Source of the DNA: Mytilus californianus
Lineage: Eukaryota
Assembly (NCBI RefSeq): GCF_021869535.1
Contig: NW_026262675.1
Coordinates: 1,302,001 to 1,366,000 of the forward strand
DNA: 64,000 nucleotides
Reading direction: 5' to 3'
Part shown: piece after piece, positions 34,701 through 46,602 of the stretch
How positions within the stretch are numbered: the stretch's first letter is position 1
Layout: every line of letters begins with the position of its first letter
Notes under the pieces: model-generated
Seen by the model: the letters and a program-made list of their open reading frames with translations, nothing else
Database searches by the model: none
Told to the model about the DNA's origin: nothing
Made by a program: the position numbers and the translations under genes

Positions 34701-37700
34701 CTTAACCCTGTTACGACAGTAATTGTGTTGTTCGTGTGACGATTGGAATAAACTTTTAAACTTTAATAACGCAACACTTAATGGTGAGGGTGGTAAAGGG
34801 TTATTTTCGTGCAACGTTTTCGGCCTTTTTATTTCACGTGTTTTCGTGTTTTGACGTTTTATTTTCTCGTTTTCTCATGTTTGGTTCGACGTGCGTGCTT
34901 CGTGTTTCCCCTTATTCATTTTTCGTGTTTCGTGTCGGTACTCATAATTTCTCGTGCTTGTCCCGCATTTGATTAAAAAGTAAACCGGGACAAATTCAAA
35001 GTCAGCGCGGATATTGTTTTAAATCATTCTACATTTGCAATTCTATTGTATATGTATGGTATGTAATAAAGTCAAGCAAATTACAATGAATAATATTTTT
35101 TTTTCAAATCAGATGCAACTAGCGGACGCTAAAAGGTAACCGCAGGGTCTTCATGTCCATTAATAATGACTCCATTATCTCAAAGAACGGCCGAGTAATA
35201 ACTTCTAGTCCTTTCTTTCATAATATTTACGATTTTATTTCTCGTGCATGCTTCGTTTTTCCCGATTTTTATTTTCCGTGCAACGTTTTTGCGATTTTTA
35301 TTTCACGTACTTCCCTTTTCAGACACCCCTTTTACCACCCTCCTTAATGTGATCTAAAGATCAATTTATCCTTATTTTGAAACTGAAAGGAATAATTGCA
35401 TCAGTTTGAAACTTAACATGTCTCATATGATTTGTTTTTGTTTTAGTATGGCCAATCTGTTGAGCTTAAACATTGAATAAGTGTCAAAACGAAGCATGCA
35501 GAATTAACTGTTTAAAATTCTCGAAAATATAAACTGATATGCTAAAATGTTCTTGATATCAGAAATGTTTACGGTCAACATATCTGTAGTTGTATCCAAT
35601 TTATCCTGATTCTTTGTCCTTCAGGAAATTTGTGTCAATGGTAGATCTTTGGTAGTATCGATATCTGATTGATTGTTTAGACTCGTACGACTAGGACTTT
35701 GATATATTGTATAGAGTTCTTGACTATTGTTGAAGACCGTAAGTTTACCTTCAAATGATATTGTTTGTGTCATTGGGTTGTTGTCTCATTGACCTATTCC
35801 GGACAAAATTTTTTTTTATTATAAAGATAAAAATATTAAATTGGCAACCCCGCAAAGATGAATCCTTGAATGTCGAGTGTCAATGGTAGATCTTTGGTAG
35901 TATCGATATCTGATTGATTGTTTAGACTCGTACGACTAGGACTTTGACATATTGTATAGAGTTCTTGACTATTGTTGAAGACCGTCAGTTTACCTTCAAA
36001 TGATATTGTTTGTGTCATTGGGTTGTTGTCTCATTGACCTATTCCGGACAAAACTTTTTTTATTATAAAGATAAAAATATTAAATTGGCAACCCCGCAAA
36101 GATGAATCCTTGAATGTCGAGTCCCTCTAACTCTTGGGGGTTAACAGGTGTGGGTGCGCTGTGGTATTTTTATTCAGTTAAAGTAAAGTCATTTGCATGG
36201 AGATATAACACTATTTCAAACATAAAAACGTAAAATAAATAAACATTTTTAATGATATTTGAAGCAACTATTTAGATATACAAGCACTAATACAGTATTT
36301 TTAAATTCTCAAAAAGTAAACAATTCTTAAATAAATAAATAACGCAATAATATTAAATATACAACAAATGTCAGTTAAAATAAGAGCACAATTGCAAAGA
36401 CATTTTGAACATTATATATACATTATTAGAAATTACATTGAGTTATACAGCTGTAATGCACTGGATGTTGGTGATGAGCATTTTTGTACTTTATGTATTT
36501 ATTACATACAGAACAAATCAAGGCGAGTATCACTGTCCATATTGTTTAAATCGGTTAGTGAGTGTGAGTTTGTCTGGGATACAAAAAGTTCATTAGCACT
36601 GGTTAACCTGTGGATATCTATTTTGAAGTACACAGTCAATGTGTCGTTGAGGAGAACAGATGAATTTAATCTTCTTTGGAAGAATCTATTAACTGTAACG
36701 ATTGTATCTTCATGGAAAAGAGCAAATGGCGATGAACGCAGTGTCTTTTTGGTCATAATTTTCTCTAAGCTACAGTTGATCAGCGATGATTCAATTGTGG
36801 AGTTGACCTGTGAATAGTTAGAACAGGATAGCAACTTGGCGCTCAACTGGTAGTTTTTGCTGTGCCCAGTAGTACCACTTGGTTTGATGATCATACACCA
36901 TTCTATATCGTGTTGCATTGTACCAAATATAGTAGGGCTGTGTATCTCTTTAGTAAGTTGACTTATGTTGTATACAGTCCACAGATACCCATCATCACAA
37001 GGTTCCAAAGTATGAGTAGACATTTCAGAGTTTTTGTTAAGGAGAAGTATGTCTGCTTTTAGTACATATACTAGTATTATAACATCCCAAAAATTCACAT
37101 ACAATATATAGGGCTGTCAGCTTGTACTCAAAATTATTAAGGTCCTTGATCTTAATTTCTAAGAGAAAACCGACTTTTATGTTTTCTAATCACATTTATT
37201 TTTAATTAATGTTTGCGCAATGAGTACAATTTCTGGCTTCATTAATAGATATGATAATAAAATAAAGTTAGAATTGTTTGGACTATTCACTTTTAATTAT
37301 GTCCAATCATTGTTTTTTAATGACGGGTTTAACCTAGTTAGAAAAAAGGGGAACACTTTATTGATTAATCATTTAATTTTTATAATTGGTGATAGCCTTT
37401 TAATTAGGAATATATGCGCTTGTATTAATAAAGAACGAACACAAGGGGGAAACCAAATTTTATTTCACTTTAATTTTCTTCATGGGGTTATAGACGACCC
37501 TGACCTACTAACCACACCACCACATACGTCACCCTTCAACCTAATATCTAAAGAGCCTATAGAAGCTACCATACTATCAGAACGGCCAAACACTCCGTAC
37601 CAGCAACAACACCGAAGTTGGAGCAAAATGAAAGCAAAAACACAAGCAGATCCAACCCTGCAACAATAGGGACGATAGTCCGCAATATCCTAAAGGATAG

Positions 37701-40700
37701 CCGGATCCTAAAACCCACATATCAGCATTATCAATTTTCCTCATAGACTTGCATTTACAAATTGAATGTAAACTATGGTCATTTGATAATTTTGATCGTA
37801 ATGATTATGTTTTTCTGATTGATAAAAATGTTGTATCAATTAATTTCTTCAAATTTTAAGTAATTCACATTATTTTATTATATTCATGTTATCTATAAAT
37901 AATAATGAAAGAATAAGATTAATTGAGATAGAAGAAAAAATTCGTACCCTGGCAAAAACCAAGTTCGTACCCTGACCATTTCGTACCTCATGAAATATTA
38001 ACAGTATACCATTTCGTACCTCATAGAAGATTAATGTGTATACCATTTCGTACCTCATGGAAAATTTGTATGTATACCATTTCGTACTTAATGGAAAATT
38101 TGTATGTATACCATTTCGTACCTCATGGAAGATTTGTATGCATACCATTTCGTACCTCATGGAAGATTTGTATGCATACCATTTCGTAACTCATGGAAAA
38201 TTTGTATGTATACCATTTCGTACCTCATGGAAGATTTGTATGTATACCATTTCGTACCTCATGGAAGATTTGTATGCATACCATTTCGTACCTCATGGAA
38301 GATTTGTATGCATACCATTTCGTAACTCACGGAAGGTTTGTATGTATGTCACTTCGAACCTCGTGGAAGATTTATATGTGTTTCATTTATTTGTTAAAAC
38401 AGCCTCAATGACTTTTTATTGTAAGGCGACAGAGGTCACGAGAAATATCTAAAATTCAAAATGTAAGCAGCTATGAGATATTATATAGGAATAAAGTCAA
38501 CAAACGATTTTTTTTTAAATCTGTAAAACTGTAATTAAGATATTTATTTCAAATATAAGCTGGCGCTTTAGTAACAGTTCACATTTCTGCCGATAACATT
38601 GATTTTTTTTAAATTTGGTATAAACTTGTAACTAAAGACACGCGTCATACTGACGTGTTGTTTTAAAAAGGTAGCGTTCTATTTAATTGGATTAAAAATG
38701 TTTATTGAATACACGTGCCATTTGAAATTGCAACATGTGCCTAAATATTGATATATTTAGAGTTGAAAAATTAATTAAGGATAAATCCTGCAAACAAACA
38801 AAGTGTAATTAAAACTATTAAAGTTTTCAAGTGCTGCTTAATCAAACCAATCATCGGTCTTTATAAAATTCTTACGACTGGATGCATTTTATTTATGTTA
38901 TATTAAAAAGAAATTAAAATCATCTCAAAATGTTTTATATCTTAAAAAAATGAGAATTTTTACAAATATATGATACGAAATGATAAACATGTATTAAGTC
39001 CATGAGGTACGAAATGGTAGATGAATTTGGCCAATAGGGTACGAAATGATTTTTATCGTGGGTACGAAATGGTAAATGTTGGGTACGAAATGGCAGAGGT
39101 ACGAAATGGTCTAGGTACGAAATGACTTGCTACCGTTTAAATGTGCGGTCGTAAACAATTTGTCTTGTAACAAATGCAAAAATGGCAAGAATCATCAACT
39201 TTCGTCGTTTCGTTGCGACAACTGCTAATTATTTTCTGACTTTCCAGGGTTATTAGTGACTCCAAATGATTTTTTGTTTCCCTTATTCAAACGGCATGTA
39301 CATTTTATTTTCATTAAAAAAATCATTTATACTTCGAGTCAAGAAGCTGAAATTTAAAACGATGAACACCTCGTTGGAAATATCAATCGATAAGATACTA
39401 TGGCTGATTTTTATGTCTTTGTTTTTATGTTGCAGTACCTGTTATTTCCTTTTTACACTGACCTTGCTTTTTGGAACACTTAATCTGAAATAAAGTCGCA
39501 ATTAAAGATGATATTTTTTGTATGGAAATAAAAATTAAGGAGATGTAGTATATTGGATGTGAACAACTATAGGACCTTAAAAATTTTCATATTTATTTTT
39601 TTGGCATAGTCGTGGTCTTGACATATAAATGAAACCGTCATCGAACTACCTCTCATATTGTTATACGTACCATCGTACACTGCCTGGGAATATTTTATTT
39701 TTACCTTCGTATTCCTTAGTGAAAACGTCAGTTTGTGGAGTTTCGTTTATTCCATCTGAAACTGCGGAATATGGGGTCTGTCGTTTTTCAGAATTCTGAA
39801 ATAAAACGTACTGAAATGTCAGTCTTGCTACAAAATCCTTTATGGTTTCAGTTGAAATTGTGAAAATTATCTAAATTATAATTCATTTGGCTGCATTTTT
39901 AGCTCACCTTTCCGGCAAAGGAAATGTGATCTTTTGCCATTACTTGGCGTCCGTCGCCGTCGTCCGTCGTCGTCGTCGTCCGTCCGGTGTAAACTATTTC
40001 AAACATCTTCACCTCTGAAACTACTGAACCAATTCCAACCAAAATTAAGCTGAATGATCCTTACATTATTTGGATAAAGTTTGTGTTTTATTTTCTGTTT
40101 CGTCAAAAAACATGGCCGTCATGGCTGAAAATAGAACATGGGGATAAAATGCAGTTTTTGGCTTATATCTCAAAAACTAAAGCATTAAGAGCAAATCTGA
40201 GGTCGAGTTAAAATGTTCACTAGGTCAGGTTCTATCAGCCCTGAAATTTTCAGATGAATCTAACTACCCATTGTTGGGTTGCTGCCACTAAATTTGTAAT
40301 TTTAAGAAAAATTTGCAGTTTTTGGTTATTATCTTGAATATTATTATAGATAAAGATAAACTGTATACAACAAAAATGGTAAGCAAAGTAAGATCTACAA
40401 ATAAGTTTTATATAACCAAAATTGTCAATTGACCTTTAAGGACAAGTTTACACAATTTGTTAATCATGTTTTCTAACTTTAAAAAATCTTCTCCTCTGAA
40501 ACTACTTAACCAAATAAAACCACACTTAAGCTGAATGGTTCTTAGGTTATCTAGAATACAATTTGTGTTTTATTTTCTGTTTCCTCAGAAAACATGGCCG
40601 CCATGGCTAAAAATAGAACATAAGGTAAAATGCAGTTTTTGACTTATATCTCATAAACTAAAGCATTTAGAGCAAATCAGGCAAGAAGTTAAAGTATTCA

Positions 40701-43628
40701 TTAGGTCAAGGTCTACCTGCCCTGAAATCTCAGCCAAATCAGGTATCTGATTTTTAGGCTATTGCCCCTGAATCCATGATTTTAAGGCAATTTTGCAGTT
40801 TTCGGTTATTATCTTGAATATTATTATAGATAAAGATAAACTGTAAACAGCAAATAAGATCTACAAATAAGTTTAATATGACCAAAATTGTCAATTGACC
40901 CCTTAAGGAGTTATTGCCCTTTAAAGACAGTTTTTCACAATTTGTTCATCTAGTTTGCTTACTTTAAAAAAAAAATCTCCTTTGAAACTGCTGAATCAAT
41001 TTCAGCCAAACTTGGGCTGAATGAGTTTCAGAGTATCTTGTATAATTTTTTTATTCTATTTCCTTGTACGTCAAGAAACATAGCCACTACGGCTAAAATG
41101 GAACATAGGGGTAAATTGTATTTTTTTGCTTTTGAAGAAAATATGACAGATACAAAGAACATTTAAATGGCATTTTGAGCCACTCATTAATATATATTGA
41201 AAAGCAAAAATAATCATTGATGAAAGACTTAAGCAAAAAATTACAGGTGAGCGATTCAGGCTCTTGAGAGCCTCTTGTTTTTATTACGAATGAAAATGTG
41301 GCCAACCAACTATAAATAGAAGAGATGTGGGATTCACCTATACAACAACCCAGCAGAGTAAGACGAGATGCAATGGAAATCTATATATAAACAACCAGAT
41401 ATCTGACAACAATATATACCCCCTAAAACCCTTTTATATGTAATATTCTGCCGAAATATACACAAAAAAGAACTTATTTGAATAAACAGCAATAAATGTC
41501 CTTTCCTAGATTTAGATATTTCAGTTTGACACTGTAAAACTCTGCACAAACACTAACAACATAATGGACGATTTTTCGTTCCCTATTGTTGATTTTCCTT
41601 TCTTTGGACGGTCAAATTTATTGGCACCACCTTACGGTGTTTATTCATCCCTACTCATTCGCCCATGTCTGAAGTGATGTTTTTGATTTCAATGAACGTA
41701 ATCTATGTATTACTGGTAAATTATTAAGTCAATGATTTCGTTACCACAAATTGCTTTAAATCTTTACTGAATTCTTTCATCATTACAAAGATTTGGTTTG
41801 GAAAGTTGACTGTACCTGTTGAAGACTTATTACACACGGGATGTCACATCTTAAATTTTACGGTGATGTTGTCTACCGAGCCCGTAAATTTAGATACCAC
41901 CCAGGTAAACTTATCGATCCTTTAAATAAACTTATTCTGAATGGTTAACAATTCAACACTGTAATTAGATCCTTGAATATTGTTTTATATAAACTTTGAT
42001 TTTGTTATAAATGAATTAAAACCAATCTTGATATCATTGTTATATACATTTGTACATTCACGGTCCTACAATCGGTCGATATCTATATTTTGGCATAGCA
42101 CAAGGTCATGTTTTCTCTTACTGTTAATGACGTCTTTACGCTAAATCCATTGGATGTAGGATGTGTACTGATTGATATTTTAGTCTTAGATACAGTTTTT
42201 TTTTTTATTTATTATAGTTGTCATTGGCTTTAAACTATCCAGTAACGTAACTGCAAGTGTTCTTAGATCTGTTCTTTGTGATTTTGTGTTTTTGTTCAGA
42301 GTTTTTTGTGTTTTTTATCGATCTGTTACACCACTGACCAAAGTTAGGGGGAAGGTTTGGCGATAGCAAACATGTTCACCCCCACCACATAATGTATATC
42401 ATATTCGTTTTTCGTTTACTGTTTTGTACATAAATAATTCTCGTTTGAGTAATTTTACATTTGTCATTTCGGAGCTTTTTATAGCTTACTATGCGGTATG
42501 GGGTTTGCTCATTGTTGAAGGCCGTACGGTGACCTATTGTTGTTAAATTCTACGTCATTTGGTCTTTGGTGGAGAGTTGTCTCATTGGCAATCATACCAC
42601 ATCTTCTTATCTCTATATTATAGTTATTGGCAAACACAATTTGTAAGACTCCAACTTTCTCACAAAGTTACTATATTTAAATGCAATATCTTATGTTGTT
42701 CTAAATTAAAACAAGTACTTTTTCATAATAGAAAATGAACTATTGAAGCCTGGTGTGTTTCGATGTGATTTAAGACGTTAAAGATTGTAACCAGTTTACA
42801 TGAAACAATATCATAGTGTATATAGTCTCGATTTTAAAGTTTGCGCCTTTTATTTAGAATGAATATTGACGTACTTTCTTCTCAATTTTGAATGTGAAGT
42901 TAGTGGTTGGTAAAAGATGCTCTAATATTCGAAATACACTTTATTCTTGTTTATTGTATTTCTGCAAACATCGTGCACATTGAATGCCGCGACAACTTAC
43001 TTGTAGTTTCCATCAGTCCGTGTGGGAAAGAGGATCGTTCAAAGAAAAAAATGTACTATGAATAAAATGAGTTGTGGATATACCTCGATGGTACAGCAAC
43101 CCGCCCAACATCACCATTGAATTTAAAAAGACTTCAAGAGGCCAACTGACATACGGTCTTTATTCAAAATATGCCACGCTCCCCTTTGAACACCTTGGAT
43201 GTTACTGAATATTTTATTCCCGTTAAAACTTTACTGTGAATATCATTCTCGAATGTCATATTCTTATTACTGATTGCTAAGACTATGTATGCATGTAAAC
43301 AGTATCGCGAAATGAAGGCGAAGACTAACCAAATATTCCAATAGTTTCATCACTGCGGATGTAAATAGTGGACAAAAGTAAGCACAGGGTATCAAACTGT
43401 AAATTGTTTTGAATAAAGGGATGCATATTGCACCATATCTAACCACGAATCGGACGTTCATTTTTCATATTTTGTAAAATGCTATTAAAATATATATTTA
43501 GATATTTTGTAAATGGCTAGTTGTTTTAGGTCTTTTGTAAACAGTCATTTTACAATATGAAAAGTCTGAAATTGCCTGAAACTTACATACTGCAAATGTT
43601 ATTAACAAAATCTTACCGTCGAACTCAT
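31663..43628 (-). CDS. Divergent calmodulin-like gene C, spliced, with or without an internal MATH exon
   Basis: Firm exons 34257-34475, 33215-33463, 31663-31703. Probable exon 2 at 39705-39795. Tentative first exon 43617-43628 (ATG AGT TCG ACG|gtaaga). Model gives 203 aa without and 390 aa with the 36510-37070 MATH exon. Confidence 0.65.
32762..33051 (+). mobile_element. Penelope-like RT C-terminal fragment in the last intron of gene C
   Basis: FRYIDDVLSLNN...SYLDLYLEIDNEGWLKTKLYDKREDFSFPIVNFRFLCSNIP. Confidence 0.8.
33215..33463 (-). CDS. Gene C EF3/EF4 exon
   Basis: Acceptor tatttcag, SGKCSFVDVIKM...RETFNYFDKDCDGFITISDL...GADLDHRVGFE, donor gtaagc; 249 nt, the same length as gene B exon 4. 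Confidence 0.9.
34257..34475 (-). CDS. Gene C EF1/EF2 exon with expanded EF1 loop
   Basis: Acceptor ttttctctcttttag, donor gtgagt, 219 nt open: YRQVFELCANASTSSKDIKPDSYISQLLKTNSIPETTETEETMSTKDLKIVINQLGFSTTEAEIGMLMKNSG. Confidence 0.82.
34786..35342. mobile_element. Non-autonomous TIR element (MITE), copy 2
   Basis: TIR gagggtggtaaaggg / cccttttaccaccctc; same internal sequence and orientation as 368-906. Confidence 0.7.
35633..36121 (+). repeat. Near-identical 245-bp tandem duplication
   Basis: Units start at 35633 and 35878. Confidence 0.9.
36502..37070 (-). CDS. MATH (TRAF-like) domain exon/ORF of SPOP type, no BTB domain
   Basis: YLWTVYNI, EWCMIIKPSG, SKNY, KLLSC and LLNDTLTVYFKI align by eye with SPOP MATH motifs YMWTINNF, KWCLRVNPKG, SKDY, LLVSC and LLPDDKLTLFCEV. 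Standalone ORF ATG 37023 to TAA 36502 (173 aa), or internal exon 37070/37052-36510. Confidence 0.82.
37943..39135. mobile_element. Fold-back element remnant with a 34-bp minisatellite
   Basis: About 11 copies of the 34-bp unit gtataccatttcgtacctcatggaagatttgtat at about 37975-38360; inverted ggtacgaaatg repeats at about 39000-39125. Confidence 0.7.
39705..39795 (-). CDS. Probable exon 2 of gene C (NSEKRQTPYSAVSDGINETPQTDVFTKEYE)
   Basis: Acceptor gttttatttcag, donor AAG|gtaaaa. Open only in phase 0 to phase 1, like gene B exon 2, and shares its RQTP and ETP motifs. Confidence 0.6.
39896..41279 (+). mobile_element. Helentron/HINE-type element, copy 2 (extra internal repeat)
   Basis: tttttagctcacct...aggtgagcgattcaggctcttgagagcctcttgttt. 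Confidence 0.75.
41490..41990 (+). mobile_element. Degenerate Penelope-like RT C-terminal fragment
   Basis: FLDLDI...DDFSFPIV...PPYGVY...DFNERNLCITGKLLSQ*FRYHKLL, with stops and frameshifts. Confidence 0.65.
42400..42620 (+). repeat. Representative copy of an abundant interspersed family (ttgttgaaggccgtacggtgacctat...gagagttgtctcattggcaatcataccacatcttc)
   Basis: Partial copies at about 6430-6620, 14185-14420, 26080-26145, 28600-28680, 31805-31870, 44630-44780, 46020-46140 and 57385-57540. Confidence 0.7.
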
Positions 43629-44317
43629 GTCGGACAATTTTTACATGATAAAGTGTATATTCATTCATATATGAAGTTGAACAATTTTTGCATTGTGTAC
43701 ATTGTCTGTACAAATAAAGAAAACGGTAAACGGTATACATTTGGATGGGTTATCTTCATAATCTATATCCTATATCATTAACATTTAAACACTGTTTTTA
43801 TCTTCCTTGCAAACCAAGCATTGTACCAGTTATAATATGTGTACACGACAATCATTTAAAGACGTTTTCAAATAATATCTTTCACTGTACAGAATTGGAT
43901 CAAGACATATTATGAACTTTTTTTAATCTTCACCTTTTTATTACAGTATGTACTTGAATTTGGAGTAAGAGACTCGCAACTCTACTTAAAAAAACTACAC
44001 CACTAGAAATCCTGCTTAATACACATAAAACTATACTTCATATACTTTAAAGTGTCAAGTTAGTACCAGTCATAGTGTCGGGCTCATTACACATTGTGAT
44101 TTACAGTAGTACCACGATGTTAAGTAGTCTCCTTTGTGCTTTGGCATTTCAAGGAATCCTCTTTATTTAATGATAGTTTTTGTGTCAGCAGACTGGAAAG
44201 GGTATAGGTTAATTAGTCGTTTGACTTGTATGCAATGTTATTTATCAAATCATTTTCGAAATTCTTTTGCAAGTCTTTTTTTAAAATATGGATTATTTTA
44301 TCTTGTATGTATATCTA

Positions 44318-45077
44318 CGGAAGCTTATTAGCGCCACACAACTTTTTTTTTAATACTTCTTCCTATGTTTGCGTTATAACGCAAACCTTTGCGAAATAAC
44401 GCTAACCTTTGCGAAATAACGCAAACCTTTGCGTTATAACGCAAACCTCTGCTTGTTTGGATCTAAACAACCATACACAATCCTCAAACGAGAGCTTACT
44501 TTGGAAGTATATTTATATTTGGCCATAGCTATATTAGCAGGGTTGATTTTTTATATTCTTCGATACAACTTCAATTTACTCAATTTTCTTTGTAATATAT
44601 ATATACATGTATTATCATGTATATAATTTTTGGGGCCCTGTATAGCTTGCTGTTCGGTGTGAACCAAGGCTCCGTGTTGAAGACCGTACTTTGACCTATA
44701 TTAAATGGTTTGATTTTACAAATTGTGACTTGGATTGAGAGTTGTCTCATTGCCATTCATACCACATCTTCTTATATCTATTATCCAACTCATTATTAGT
44801 CAATGATATGTTCTAAATATTCAAGCATTTTTCTTTGTTATGAGTACAAAGGAGGATACATTTTAATGTATGCAGCCTCCTCCATTTATAACTGCTGCTT
44901 CCTTTGAATCTTAAATAAGAAATAAGATTAAAAAAAATGTTTGCGTTATATCGCAAAGGTTTGCGTTAGGTTTGCGTTATTTCGCAAAGGTTTGCGTTAT
45001 ATCGCAAAGGTTTGCGTTATAACGCAAACATAGGAAGAAATATTAAAAAAAAGTTGTGTGGCGCTAATACGCTTCCG
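44318..45077. mobile_element. TA-flanked (Tc1/mariner-like) MITE with ~130-bp TIRs
   Basis: cggaagcttattagcgccacac... / ...gtgtggcgctaatacgcttccg, TA on both sides; TIRs contain tttgcgttataacgcaaacc repeats; a nested repeat lies at 44630-44780. Confidence 0.75.
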
Positions 45078-46602
45078 TATATATCTGGGTTTACTATTAA
45101 GGTTTTAGAATGGAAACACTGAGTAACATCTGAAGAGAAAGAAGATAAACTGGGTTTCGGATTTATATACTAACTGTTCATGTTTACTTTGTTTGGTGTT
45201 ATATTATTAAAACCATTTGTATTATTGTTACCTCATATTTTTCCAATTAAGACCCCTCCAATTAACGCCTTAATGTTTTTCTTGGAAAAATACCAAATAT
45301 AACACCAAGAGTAGATAGCATAATCAGAAAAAAAGGTACATAGCAAAAAAGAATATGAGGAAACGAATCAAACTCAGATATGTATGGGAGTTAAAAAAAA
45401 GAAGTCAAAGATCACCAAACAAAGACTAAATTTATTTATATCCGAAAGAAATTCAAGCAGAATTTTTGTTTTGTTAAAGAAAACTCCTTATATATGTGTT
45501 TTGATAAACACTCAAAATTTTCCAACATCATTCAAAATGGCAGTTTTTAATAAGCTTCAGTCGTTCATAATTTTGTTTATTTGGTTTGAAATAAGCTACA
45601 GATATGTCAGAAATTCAAAGTAAACCCCGGTAGTTGTAATACTGTGCATTTAAGTAAATAATAAAAAAAACTGAATAAAAAATCTGTTTTGAAAATGGTT
45701 CTGGTTTGAAATATATTTTTCGGAAACTAATACTACCTATTTCCGATCCTACAAAAATTTTCCAGTTGGGAGGGGGAGGGAGCAGTTTCTTTGTCACTAT
45801 TTCGATCCATCTGCTCTTCGACTTCGAACCAACATAAATTTTCTACCGGGTGATAGAGAAAAAGAATAAATCTTAAAACTATCAGAGCTACCAAAACCGG
45901 TGAAAATCATTTAGATCTTATAAATGCAGTTTTGTTTTTAAATTATCATGTTGAAATTTTATCAGTTCATAGCTTTTTTAAGATGATCATAATAAACTTA
46001 GGACCATTTAGAGCTTTGTGCCTTGACATTTCGTATGGATACCTGTCTATTGTTGAAGACTGTATGTTGCCATCTAGATTTTTTTATTGTCGTTGGACTG
46101 CTGTCTCATTTACGTGTTCCCCAATATCCTTTTTTCATATTACCAGAAGTTTATTGCTAAGTCCATTATTTGGGATTTTCCCTAGTAACTGACTTCTGAA
46201 ATTACCTCTGTCCTTCCCTTATTCTGTCCTTTTGCTTGTAGATCTAATGGCAATCACTTTTTATTCATAAGTCCTTAATGTTCAGTTACAAGTAGAGTTC
46301 GAGTTCATTACTGGTGACCTTCTTTTCACGGAATAGGTCCTCGAACTTAGAAAAAATAAATAAATTTGTACTTACCAAACTTTGTTCGTTATAAAGTAGA
46401 TGAAATGATACTTTATAAATTTCGTGCTTTCCTGGATTTACCTTCATCCGGAAAGCTCAAATCCACTGATGATGTTCCTGACTTTGGAGAGGTACGTTAA
46501 TATGCGGCAGGGTTAAATAAATTTTTTTTATATCTCAATCCGCTCATCATTTGGTCTCGACAAGTGGATTAACAAAACCCGATCATACAATAATATACAA
46601 GA

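Noticed and set aside
37220-37669. 149-aa ORF; its end (KAKTQADPTLQQ) loosely resembles Gypsy pol linker regions
   Set aside because: The first half is low-complexity AT-rich sequence and no RT, RNase H or integrase motif is visible; at most a tiny relic.
38036-38452. Overlapping repetitive ORFs
   Set aside because: Artefact of the 34-bp unit cycling through three frames.
39439-39484. Exon-like segment (tttatttcag...ACAG|gtactg) on the minus strand
   Set aside because: After the phase-1 exon 39705 it gives an immediate stop, the donor is weak and there is no homology; only a mutually exclusive use would fit.
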